Origin: Candidatus Eiseniibacteriota bacterium
GTDB lineage: Bacteria; Eisenbacteria; RBG-16-71-46; SZUA-252
Reading direction: 5' to 3'
DNA length: 64,000 nucleotides
Assembly (NCBI GenBank): GCA_963703225.1
Contig: OY969801.1
Location: 288,001 to 352,000, forward strand
Shown here: piece by piece, positions 9,608 through 19,799 of the stretch
Layout: each line of letters opens with the position of its first letter
How positions within the stretch are numbered: position 1 is the stretch's first letter
Program-made: the position numbers and the translations under genes
The notes under the pieces: generated by a model
Database searches by the model: none
What the model saw: the letters and a program-made list of their open reading frames with translations, nothing else
Told to the model about the DNA's origin: nothing

Positions 9608-10081
9608 CTAGCCGGTGCAGCTCCAGACTGTCTTCGTCGTCGGCCAGTCGAGGCAGAGGGAGGCGAACTTGGTGATCGGCCACTGGAAGCCGGGACCCAA
9701 GGGTCCCGGAGGCACAGGGTTGAAGCAAGCGGGCTCCACCTTCGTAACGGGATGCGGATAACCGGCAGGGTCCATGAACGCCGACCGGGCCCCGCGCTCG
9801 GCCCCTGACTTGGACGCGATCAGTTGGACCTCCGCGTCGCGGCGGATCCACATCGCCGTCCCGCCGAGCGGGCCATCGAGGCGGATCGCGTGCACGATGG
9901 CGTTGCTCCCGAACTCGAGGAAGGCATTGAAATCGAGACTAAGGTAGAGCCGCCACGTGTTCTTTGCGGGACCCTTGGCAAGGAATCCCACAACTGAGAC
10001 GACGTTCGGCGAAGCTTCCCCATCGGGGACGAGTGCCCTGGCCAGGCGATCCGGCTGAAGACCATTATCATCTTTTGCCAT
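9608..10081 (-). CDS. Putative RiPP precursor with long leader domain and Thr/Cys repeat core
   Basis: GAGGA RBS. C-terminus HPVTKVEPAC...WPITKFASLC..WPTTKTVWSCTG holds all three Cys. First gene of the kinase/HopA1-LanC operon. Confidence 0.7.
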   Translation of the reverse strand: MAKDDNGLQPDRLARALVPDGEASPNVVSVVGFLAKGPAKNTWRLYLSLDFNAFLEFGSNAIVHAIRLDGPLGGTAMWIRRDAEVQLIASKSGAERGARSAFMDPAGYPHPVTKVEPACFNPVPPGPLGPGFQWPITKFASLCLDWPTTKTVWSCTG

Positions 10082-10395
10082 AGGTCGCATTCCTCATGAG
10101 CGGCGCGCTTTCGTAGCGTCCAGGGCGTCGCCAGCGGGTGCTTCCATGAGAGCGCGGAGCGCGGGTGGGGTGCGACCCCGAACTACTGAGCGAGCCTGCG
10201 TCCCTGCATTGTGTTGCGGCTAGTCTGCGGGGTCGGCCACGAGAGCCCACCTGCCCCCTGCGTGGGATCATTGCCACCCATGACTATACACGATTTAGGG
10301 GCCGCCGTCCCGCAAAAACTAGGGGCGCGAGCTTGTGGCCCGCGCCCCGCATTCAGCACCGCGGCCGGCGAAGCGCCGGCCCGCGAGAGTCTTGT

Positions 10396-10938
10396 CTACT
10401 TCCCGGCGTCGATGACCAGGGCGAGCACCCCGTTCTTGACGTCGAAGTCGAAGGTCGTGACATTCGCGATCGCGTAGACCGTGAACTTGCCGTCACCCTT
10501 GATCTCGTTGAGAAGGAGAGCCTTGCCCGTCGACGAGAAGAGCGCCGCCGACTCGTCCCATCCAACCTGCTTGGTCTCGCCGGGGTTGATGTTGAACGCT
10601 CCCCAGAGCAGTGGTCGCGCCCCCTTTGACCTGAGTAGCCGTCGTGAAGGCCGTGTTGTCGGCCGTCATGTAAACTTCGACACCGATCGCCGCCGTTCCG
10701 TTGTTGGTGATCTTTCCGAGCACGGCCACGTCCGACAAGCCTTTCAAGTCATCCTTGTGGTCCTCGTACACGCTTTCCGTGTTGAGATCGACGTCTTGGA
10801 TGGTGACCTGGCCATCGCGTCGAAGCAGTGAAAATTATCGAGGTCAAAGTCGATCAAGAACTGACCCGAAACCAGCACACAACCCGGCGTAGCGAGACCC
10901 AGGAGCAGCGCCGGTACGATCCAACGCAAATTTTTCAT
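10396..10938 (-). CDS. Lipoprotein of unknown function, with two apparent frameshifts (near 10825 and 10610)
   Basis: Signal MKNLRWIVPALLLGLATPG-C; coding-like sequence continues across frames to ...GVLALVIDAGK* at 10396. Confidence 0.6.
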
Positions 10939-10950
10939 GGCGCGCCTCCT

Positions 10951-11490
10951 TTACTTGCCCGACATCAGGTTGTATTCGAGTCCAGCGGTGGCGGTCCCGA
11001 ACTTCCGGGACACGTCACCATCGACGATCATGTCCATCTCGCCGCGGATGTGGAACGAAATCTTCTCCCCCGCGGGAATCCTGATTCCGAAGCCGAAATT
11101 CCAGCCGGTGTTGGTGATGTCATCGCTACCGGTGCGTGAGAGCTTGTACGATCCGAGCCCCACGAAGGGGTAAAAAGTACCGTTCGCGCCGACCACCGCC
11201 GACACCCCGAAGGCGGTCATGTCGAAGCCGGAGCGGGTGTAGGAGAGCCCGCCGAGCGTCTCCTCCGCATCGCCTAGGCTGGAGTTGGCATAGAACGGCT
11301 CCAGGGTCAGGAGAGGCATGAGGCTAACCGGGGCCCGCACGCCGAAGATGGCCCCGCTGCCTGTGTCATCCTGTAGCACCGCGTAGGCGTAGCCGCCGTA
11401 AGGCATCACTCCCACGGTCGTGCCCGACGCCAAGGCAGACCCCGTGCAGACCGCCAAGGCGAGCAAAACCAGTACGACTGTCCGCTTCAT
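10951..11490 (-). CDS. Small outer-membrane beta-barrel protein
   Basis: Signal peptide; alternating beta-strands (FYPFVGLG, GWNFGFG, AGLEYN). Confidence 0.7.
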   Translation of the reverse strand: MKRTVVLVLLALAVCTGSALASGTTVGVMPYGGYAYAVLQDDTGSGAIFGVRAPVSLMPLLTLEPFYANSSLGDAEETLGGLSYTRSGFDMTAFGVSAVVGANGTFYPFVGLGSYKLSRTGSDDITNTGWNFGFGIRIPAGEKISFHIRGEMDMIVDGDVSRKFGTATAGLEYNLMSGK

Positions 11491-11503
11491 GAAACCCCCT
11501 TTC

Positions 11504-12307
11504 TCAATTGATTCGACGAGCGGGGATTGTAGCCGATTCCTCGGCCCCAGTCCAGAACCCCTCTGGGTCCAGACCACGCAGCGTCCCTAACTCCGTGTCG
11601 CTGAAGGGCGGAATGAGTCCGACCGGCTGGGCGATCCGCGGCTGCCAGCCCATGCGGACGAGCACGTGATCCACGCTGACCCCCGGGAATAGCTCGGCCA
11701 GATAGGCCTCAGCCAGCGCGTGGTCGAAGCGGAACACCGCGTGCGTGGTCACGATCGCGCTCGGCCCTCCCGGAGGAAGTCCCACGCGAGCGCGAAATTC
11801 CGGTCCGTCGCCGCGCCCCGGCGACGTGCGAAAGCGCACGCGCTCCACGAGGCGCCGCTTTTCTTGGGGCACCAGAACCACCGTGCGGCGCGCCAGCGCC
11901 ATGATGTCGGCGGCCCCTCCGCTCCCCGGCAATCGGATCGGCCGGCCCGCGTCATCGACGACCTCCGTGGAATTCAAATTGCCGAATCGGTCCACCTCCG
12001 CCGCGCCGAGGAGGCCCAGGTCGACCCGGCCCGCCTGCATCATGCCCATGACGTCCAGCGTCGAGGAGGCGCACGTCGCGCCGAGAATGTTCGGGGGATC
12101 GCCCATCGTGAAGAGAAGCTCTCTCGCTGCCTCTTCGCGGATCAGGCCGTTTTCGTAGAGCGCGGTCGCGCCGGGGGCGTGGGTGGCCTTGGCGACCAGG
12201 TAAGCAAGAAGAGGGAGCCGCGTTCCCACGAACACGGTCTCCCCCTCTTGGATCTCGCGCGCCGCGCGGAGCACCATCCGTTCGCGCGGCAGGAGGGTCG
12301 GCGTCAC
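11504..12307 (-). CDS. Family I CoA-transferase beta subunit (glutaconate CoA-transferase B-like)
   Basis: LYENG catalytic Glu, GAAEVDRFGNLNST and RLPGSGGA. Confidence 0.85.
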   Translation of the reverse strand: MTPTLLPRERMVLRAAREIQEGETVFVGTRLPLLAYLVAKATHAPGATALYENGLIREEAARELLFTMGDPPNILGATCASSTLDVMGMMQAGRVDLGLLGAAEVDRFGNLNSTEVVDDAGRPIRLPGSGGAADIMALARRTVVLVPQEKRRLVERVRFRTSPGRGDGPEFRARVGLPPGGPSAIVTTHAVFRFDHALAEAYLAELFPGVSVDHVLVRMGWQPRIAQPVGLIPPFSDTELGTLRGLDPEGFWTGAEESATIPARRIN

Positions 12308-12318
12308 GCCGGCCCGAT

Positions 12319-13131
12319 CTACTTGCCGGAAAACTTGGCGGGGCGCTTTTCCACGTACGCGGTCAACCCCTCCTTGGCGTCCTCGCTCGTAAAGAGCTGC
12401 TGCTGCAGCTCGCGCTCGATGGCGAGCGCCTCGCTGAAGGGGACCTCGAGGCCCGACTGGACCGCGCGCTTGATCCGCCCCACGGCCTTCGAGGCCTTGT
12501 TGGGCGGGAGGAACTGCCGCGCGTACTCCATCACCTTGGCGTCGAAGGTATCCGCGTCGAATACGTGATTCACGAGCCCCATCGCGAGGGCGTCCTCGAA
12601 GGGAAAGGTGGCGCCCGTCGTCATCAGCTCGATGGAGCGGGCCTTGCCGACCAGCCGCGAGAGGCGCTGGGTGCCGCCCGTGCCCGGGAGCACGCCGAGC
12701 GTAACCTCGGGGAGGCCGATTTTCCCCGCGTTCTTCTTCGCGAGGCGAATGTCGGCGGCCATCGCGATCTCCAGTCCGCCGCCGACGCAGTGCCCGTTCA
12801 GCGCCGCGATCACCAGCTTGGGCGTCTGCTCGAGGCGATTGAGCGTCTCGTTGGCGTGGAGGCAGAAGAAGTACTTGAAGACCGGATTCACGGTCTGGAG
12901 CATCTTGATATTCGCGCCCGCGCAGAAGAACTTGTCGCCCGCGCCCCGCAGCACGATGACGTGCACGTTCTCGTCGAAGCGGGCCTTCAAGATCGCTTCG
13001 TCGAGCGCGCGCATCATTTCATAGGTGTAGGTGTTCGCGGGCGGGTCGTTGAGCTCGAGGATCGCGATTCCGTTGTCGGTTCGGTAGCTGCACAGGCCGC
13101 CGGCGGGCGGAGAGAGGGTCTCGGGCGTCAC
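12319..13131 (-). CDS. Enoyl-CoA hydratase/isomerase
   Basis: FCAGANI, GHCVGGGLE and LPEVTLGVLPGTGGTQRL. Confidence 0.9.
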   Translation of the reverse strand: MTPETLSPPAGGLCSYRTDNGIAILELNDPPANTYTYEMMRALDEAILKARFDENVHVIVLRGAGDKFFCAGANIKMLQTVNPVFKYFFCLHANETLNRLEQTPKLVIAALNGHCVGGGLEIAMAADIRLAKKNAGKIGLPEVTLGVLPGTGGTQRLSRLVGKARSIELMTTGATFPFEDALAMGLVNHVFDADTFDAKVMEYARQFLPPNKASKAVGRIKRAVQSGLEVPFSEALAIERELQQQLFTSEDAKEGLTAYVEKRPAKFSGK

Positions 13132-13173
13132 GGGTGGAACCTCCTTGCGTATCGGGTCACGACGTTCGAAGGA

Positions 13174-13962
13174 TCAGCGCCCCTGGAAGTGGGGATCGCG
13201 CTTGGCGAGAAAGGCGGCAAATCCCTCGCGTGCATCCCGGGTACTCCAACAGCGTTCCTGGGCGTCGATTTCTCGCGCGAGGGCTTCCTCGAGAGTATAG
13301 CCGAGGGAGCGGCGCACCGAGCGCTTGATTTCGCCCACCGCGACGGCCGGCGCTTGGGCGAGGCGGTCGGCGAAGGAAAGCGTCTTGGCCACCAGCGAAT
13401 CGGGTAGGAGGACGCGGCTCACGATCCCCAGCCGGAGCGCCTCGGCCGCGTCGATCGAATCGCCGGTCCACATCAACTCGAGCGCGCGTGACGTCCCGAT
13501 GAGGCGCGGGAGCGTGTGGAGCGCGCCCCAGTCCGGGTGAAGCCCGATCTTGATAAAGCTCTGGGCGAACTTCGCCGTCTCCGAGGCCCACCGGATGTCG
13601 CACGCCAGGGCGAGGCTCATGCCGCCCCCGGCGGCGTGGCCATTCACCGCGGCGATGACCGGTTTCTCGATGGATTGAAGGGTCGAGGCGATCTCGCGGC
13701 CGGCTTCCACGAGCGGGCGAAAGTCCTCGAAGCGCCCGCCGTTCGCGACCACCTCCTGCATGAAGGCGATGTCGCCGCCGGCGCAGAATGCGCGGCCGGC
13801 GCCGGTCAGGACGATCACGCGAACCGCCGCGTCGCGCGCCGCGCCCCCCAACGCTTCCAGCAGCATGAGCGTCGTCGGGATCCGGAACGCGTTCAGCGAA
13901 TCCGGACGGTTGAGGGTGATCAGCGCGGTGGGGCCGCGGCGCTCGTAGAGGACGTCCGGCAC
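13174..13962 (-). CDS. Enoyl-CoA hydratase/isomerase (PaaG-like)
   Basis: FCAGGDI, NGHAAGGG and FIKIGLHPDWG (Asp in PD as in PaaG-type isomerases). Confidence 0.85.
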   Translation of the reverse strand: MPDVLYERRGPTALITLNRPDSLNAFRIPTTLMLLEALGGAARDAAVRVIVLTGAGRAFCAGGDIAFMQEVVANGGRFEDFRPLVEAGREIASTLQSIEKPVIAAVNGHAAGGGMSLALACDIRWASETAKFAQSFIKIGLHPDWGALHTLPRLIGTSRALELMWTGDSIDAAEALRLGIVSRVLLPDSLVAKTLSFADRLAQAPAVAVGEIKRSVRRSLGYTLEEALAREIDAQERCWSTRDAREGFAAFLAKRDPHFQGR

Positions 13963-13966
13963 CGGG

Positions 13967-15447
13967 CTAGCTCAGGTCGACCCAGACGCTCTTCGTCTGG
14001 GTGTAGAAGTCGAGCCCGGCCATTCCCGATTCGCGCCCGAACCCGGAGGCCTTGGTGCCGCCGTACGGCGACGCCGCGTCGTAGAGGTTGTAGGTGTTGA
14101 TCCAGACGGTGCCGGCCTGGAGCGCCCGGGCGGCGCGGTGCGCCTTCTTGACGTCGCGGGTCCAGATCGCGGCGGCGAGACCATAGGCGGAATCGTTGGC
14201 CTGGGCGATCGCCTGGTCGAAGTCGTCGAACTCGATGACGGAGAGGACGGGTCCGAAAATCTCCTCGCGCGCGATGGTCATCGAGTTGCGGACGCCGTCG
14301 AAGATCGTCGGCTTCCAGAAATATCCGCGTCCGTCGCCGATTCGCGCCGCCTCGCCGCCCAGGATGAGCCGCGCCCCTTCCTTCTTGCCGATCTCCACGT
14401 AGCGCCCGATCTTCTCGATCTGCGCCTGCGAGACCTGGGGGCCGAGCCGCGTCTTGGGGTCGAGAGGATCGCCCTGCGCCAGCTTCTGCGAGCGCTCGAC
14501 CACTTTCTCGAGGAGCGGCTCGCGAATGCCCTTCGCCACGAAGAGCCTGGACCCGGCGGTGCAAACCTCGCCCTTGTTGTAGAAGATCGCGTGCATCGCC
14601 GCGCGCCCCGCCATCTCGAGATCGGCGTCGTCGAGGACGATGTTCGCCGACTTGCCGCCCAGCTCGAGCGACACCTTCTTCAGGGTCTTCGCGCCGTTCG
14701 TGCATGATGAGCTGCCCGGTCGTGGTCTCGCCGGTGAACGCGATTCCCGAGACGCCGGGATGCGCCACGAGCGCGGCGCCCGCGGTGGGGCCAAATCCCG
14801 GGACCACGTTCAGCACGCCGGGCGGGAGGCCCGCCTCGAGCGCGATCTCACCCAGGCGGAGCGCTGTGAGCGGCGTCTCCTCCGCGGGTTTCAAGATCGC
14901 GCAGTTGCCCGCGGCGAGGGCCGGCGCCACCTTGCGCGAGGCCATGAGGAGCGGGAAATTCCAGGGCACGATCAGCCCCACCACGCCGAGCGGCTCGCGG
15001 AGGGTGTAGTTGAAGAAGGGGCCGCTGACGGGGATCGTGCTGCCCTCGAGCTTGGTCGCGGCGCCCGCGTTGTAGTGGAATACGTCGGCGGCGAGCGGCA
15101 CGTCGATCTTCGTGGTTTCGACGATCGGCTTGCCGGCGTCGAGCGTCTCGAGGCGGGCGATCTCGTCGCATTGCTTGAGAAGCAGGTCGCCGATCCGCCA
15201 GAGGATCTTTCCCCGCTCGGCGGCCGGACATCTTGCCCCACGGCCCGGCGAGCGCCTGTCGGGCCGCTTGGACCGCGAGGTCGATGTCGGCGGCGTCACC
15301 TTCCGCGATCTCGGCGATCGCCTCGCCGGTGGCCGGGTTGATGGTCCGGAATCGCTTGCCCGAGACCGCCTCCCGCCATTCGGCGCCGATCAGGAGACGG
15401 CCGCCCGAAGCGAGCAGCGTTGGGGAGAGGGTGTCGCTGGGATTCAC
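13967..15447 (-). CDS. Aldehyde dehydrogenase, with two apparent frameshifts (near 15228 and 14703)
   Basis: Segments LIGAEW..NPATGE / VPWNFP..KPAEETP..FTGET / LELGGKS..GEVCTA..EEIFGP lie in three frames; GTG at 15447 with GGAGG RBS. Confidence 0.85.
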
Positions 15448-15460
15448 GGGATCCTCCGGC

Positions 15461-16315
15461 CTATTCCGCGTAGTCGTAGACGCCCCGGCCCACTTTGCGG
15501 CCCAGGCGGCCCGCCTTGACGTACTGCACCAGGAGCGGGGCAGGGCGGTACTTGTCGCCCAACGTGCGGTGCAAGTATTCCAAGATGCTGAGCCGCGTGT
15601 CCAGCCCGACGAGGTCGACCATTTCAAAGGGGCCCATCGGGTGGTTCAGGCCCAGCTTCAACGCCTTGTCGATGTCCCGCGCCGACGCCACCCCCGCCTC
15701 GAGCATCGAGAAGGCTTCGTTCCCGATCAGCGCGTTGATGCGCGACGTCACGAATCCCGGAGACTCGCGGACCAAGACCGTCTCCTTGCCCATCGCCTTG
15801 GAGACCTCCTCCGCGACCTGGACCGTTTCGTCGGTCGTTTCCAATCCGCGGATCAGCTCGACCAGCCGCATGCGGTGGACGGGATTGAAGAAGTGCATGC
15901 CGATGAAGCGCGCGGGCCGGTCGCTGGTCGCGGCCAGCTCGGTGATGCCCAGGGACGAGGTATTCGTGGCGAGGATGGCGTTGCCATTCAGATGCGGCGC
16001 GACCTTGGCAAAAATCTCGGCCTTGAGCGCGACCGACTCCGGCACCGCTTCGATGAGCAGATCGGAGCCCTTGGCCCCCTCGAGCCCGTCGGCCCAAGTC
16101 AGGCGGGACTGGGCAGCCTTCGCCGCGGCGGCGTCGATCTCTCCCCTTTCCTGCGCCCGGGTCAAGATCTTCTCGACCTCGGCGCGGGCCGATTGCGTAG
16201 CCTTGGGGCTCGGCTCGACGACACGGGTGTCGTATCCGGCGCGCGCGGACGCGAGGGCGATGCCCCGGCCCATCACGCCCGCGCCGACCACCGTGATCGT
16301 CTTCACCGCCGCCAT
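15461..16315 (-). CDS. 3-hydroxyacyl-CoA dehydrogenase
   Basis: GAGVMG, EAVPE, ATNTSS, GMHFFNP and HPMGP. Confidence 0.9.
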   Translation of the reverse strand: MAAVKTITVVGAGVMGRGIALASARAGYDTRVVEPSPKATQSARAEVEKILTRAQERGEIDAAAAKAAQSRLTWADGLEGAKGSDLLIEAVPESVALKAEIFAKVAPHLNGNAILATNTSSLGITELAATSDRPARFIGMHFFNPVHRMRLVELIRGLETTDETVQVAEEVSKAMGKETVLVRESPGFVTSRINALIGNEAFSMLEAGVASARDIDKALKLGLNHPMGPFEMVDLVGLDTRLSILEYLHRTLGDKYRPAPLLVQYVKAGRLGRKVGRGVYDYAE

Positions 16316-16347
16316 CTCGTCAGGGTAGCATGTCCGGCACCCGCCGG

Positions 16348-17262
16348 TCAGATCCCCGAATAGACCACGCCGAGGCGTGCCGTCGTGTGCTCCGTCTGGT
16401 CGCCGTAAAGGTCCTGGACTATCGGGACCTGAACCAGGAATTGCACGCTCGTGCTCATGCCCAGCGAGTAACGCACGCTGGGCGCCACGTAGAGGAGCGA
16501 ACCTCCCGAGTTCGGATCATCGCTTCCATCCTCCGTCTCGTCGCGGGTTGCCGAGCGGGCGTTGAGCTCCAGGGCTGCCTCCCAAGTCGGAGAGAGCGTC
16601 CGCGCGTAGCCCGCATTCAGCATCAGCGTGTTCCCATAGTGGTATCCGTAATCATTCGTGCCATTGACTCGATACAGGGCGCTCGCGCTCAAGGCCGAGC
16701 CGAGGCGCGCGGCATCGAACGACAAGCCGGCCATTCCCGCCCAGGCACCGGTCCCCGGTTGCAGGTGCGCCTCCAGCCGCTCCCCCGAATCATCCTTCTG
16801 ACTGATCGATCCGGTCGGTGCGGTGACGTCCGCGATCAGGGCGAGGGCCCGTGGTGGGGAGGACGTCTGGCCAAACCGCGCCACCTCCAATCGAGTTCGA
16901 AGAGATACGTCGCCAATTCCGTCGGAGCTCGTTGTCACCTCGCTCTCACCGACGACCGACTCCACGTTCGTCTTGAAGACGTAAGGGACTCGAGCTTGCA
17001 TCGCCAGCCGCGCGGATGGCCGGTAGAAGAAAAGGCCCGAAACGCGATGCTCCTTCTGCTCCTCCGAGCCGGGCTCTTCGGCGAGAGCATTTTCCTTGGA
17101 GAGGTAGCGGTCCTCGACACCAAAGCTGAATCGCCCATAGGCGGTCTCGAGCAGGTAGCCGGGCGGTGTGGGGCTCCCGCACTCGCACTGGCTGCAGGCC
17201 AGTGCGGCGTGACTCCAAAGAGTCAATACAAGGATTGTCAGGACAAGACGAAGCGTCTGCAC
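16348..17262 (-). CDS. Outer-membrane channel-like protein with N-terminal CxxCxC (putative metal uptake)
   Basis: Signal peptide then CSQCEC; DGIGDV, PTG and LQPGTG motifs; alternating beta-strands. Confidence 0.6.
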   Translation of the reverse strand: MQTLRLVLTILVLTLWSHAALACSQCECGSPTPPGYLLETAYGRFSFGVEDRYLSKENALAEEPGSEEQKEHRVSGLFFYRPSARLAMQARVPYVFKTNVESVVGESEVTTSSDGIGDVSLRTRLEVARFGQTSSPPRALALIADVTAPTGSISQKDDSGERLEAHLQPGTGAWAGMAGLSFDAARLGSALSASALYRVNGTNDYGYHYGNTLMLNAGYARTLSPTWEAALELNARSATRDETEDGSDDPNSGGSLLYVAPSVRYSLGMSTSVQFLVQVPIVQDLYGDQTEHTTARLGVVYSGI

Positions 17263-17356
17263 GATCGATCTCCCAGTTTGTCGCTGTCGGACAGGGGCCT
17301 CTCCTCACAAGCCATGCAAGGCCGAGGGAGGCGCGGAAACTACGAAGGGGAGACGA

Positions 17357-17746
17357 TCAGGCTCGCGGCGGCGGCGTATCGGGCTGGGAAGGTCTCTGAA
17401 ACCCAATGGGGAGCCATAGGGAGATGCAGCGTCCGCCACCGGAAAGATGCGGGATACTGTAAGCGGCCGTTGCGACGAAGCATTCGAGGCCGGCGGCTGA
17501 TGGCCCTGCGGCCGTCCCAGAGGAGCAGGCACAGGTGAGCCGGTATCCGCCGTCATCCGTCCGGCTTGCCGTGCAATCGGATACGGCCCTGTGCGAGCAA
17601 CAGTCAGCGGCCATCCGTTGGTGGCCCCGGGCACAGCAGACCATCGACGTCTGGCGGTGCCCGGCAGGAGCGACTAGCAGGCCGTCCGCCCCCGACCCCC
17701 AGACCAGCAGGAGGGCCATCAGGCCTTTCACGATGGAGCGCATCAC
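17357..17746 (-). CDS. Cys-rich, Pro-terminated leader protein (DUF2946/CutF/CruR-like upstream ORF)
   Basis: Hydrophobic N-terminus, CC/CC/CxC motifs, ends QPDTPPPRA*; lies directly upstream of the outer-membrane channel gene. Confidence 0.6.
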   Translation of the reverse strand: MMRSIVKGLMALLLVWGSGADGLLVAPAGHRQTSMVCCARGHQRMAADCCSHRAVSDCTASRTDDGGYRLTCACSSGTAAGPSAAGLECFVATAAYSIPHLSGGGRCISLWLPIGFQRPSQPDTPPPRA

Positions 17747-17815
17747 GCAAGACAGTCTACTCCGCGCGGAGGGTGTCCGCGACCGGATATCGCGCTGCCC
17801 ATGCGATCCCCCTGC

Positions 17816-18367
17816 CTACACCCGCGGCAGCGTGACGCCCTTCTGCGCCTGGTATTTCCCCTTCTTGTCGCGGTACGAGATCGAGCAGTCCTCGTCGCTC
17901 TCGAAGAAGAGCACCTGCGCGATCCCCTCGTTGGCGTAGATCCGCGCGGGGAGCGGCGTCGTGTTGGAAATTTCCAGCGTCACGTAGCCCTCCCATTCGG
18001 GCTCGAGCGGCGTCACGTTGGTGATGATCCCGCAGCGCGCATACGTCGATTTCCCTACACAAATCGTCATCGTCCGTCGAGGAATCCGGAAATACTCGAC
18101 GCTCCGCCCCAGCGCGAACGAATTGGGCGGCACGATGCAGACGTCCCCTTTGAAATCGACCAGCGATTTGGGGTCGAAGTTCTTGGGATCGACGATGGTC
18201 GTGTTGATGTTGGTGAAGATCTTGAACTCGTCCGCGATTCTCAGGTCGTAACCGTACGACGAGACCCCGTACGAGATCGCGTTCTCGCGGACCTGCTTCT
18301 CCTCGAAGGGGTCGATCATCTTGTGCTCGTGGCACATCTTGCGGATCCAGATGTCGCTCTTGATCAT
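17816..18367 (-). CDS. dcd: dCTP deaminase
   Basis: [28 protein letters not shown] and PLEPEWEG. Confidence 0.95.
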   Translation of the reverse strand: MIKSDIWIRKMCHEHKMIDPFEEKQVRENAISYGVSSYGYDLRIADEFKIFTNINTTIVDPKNFDPKSLVDFKGDVCIVPPNSFALGRSVEYFRIPRRTMTICVGKSTYARCGIITNVTPLEPEWEGYVTLEISNTTPLPARIYANEGIAQVLFFESDEDCSISYRDKKGKYQAQKGVTLPRV

Positions 18368-18467
18368 GGGCTCCTCGGGGTCCAACGCGGGCCGATTCGG
18401 ATGCGGGATTCTGCCACGCCCCGGCCCAAGGGTCCAGGGGCGGCTGCCCCTGCTATAATCGGTCCCC

Positions 18468-19795
<1,328 letters not shown>

Positions 19796-19799
<4 letters not shown>

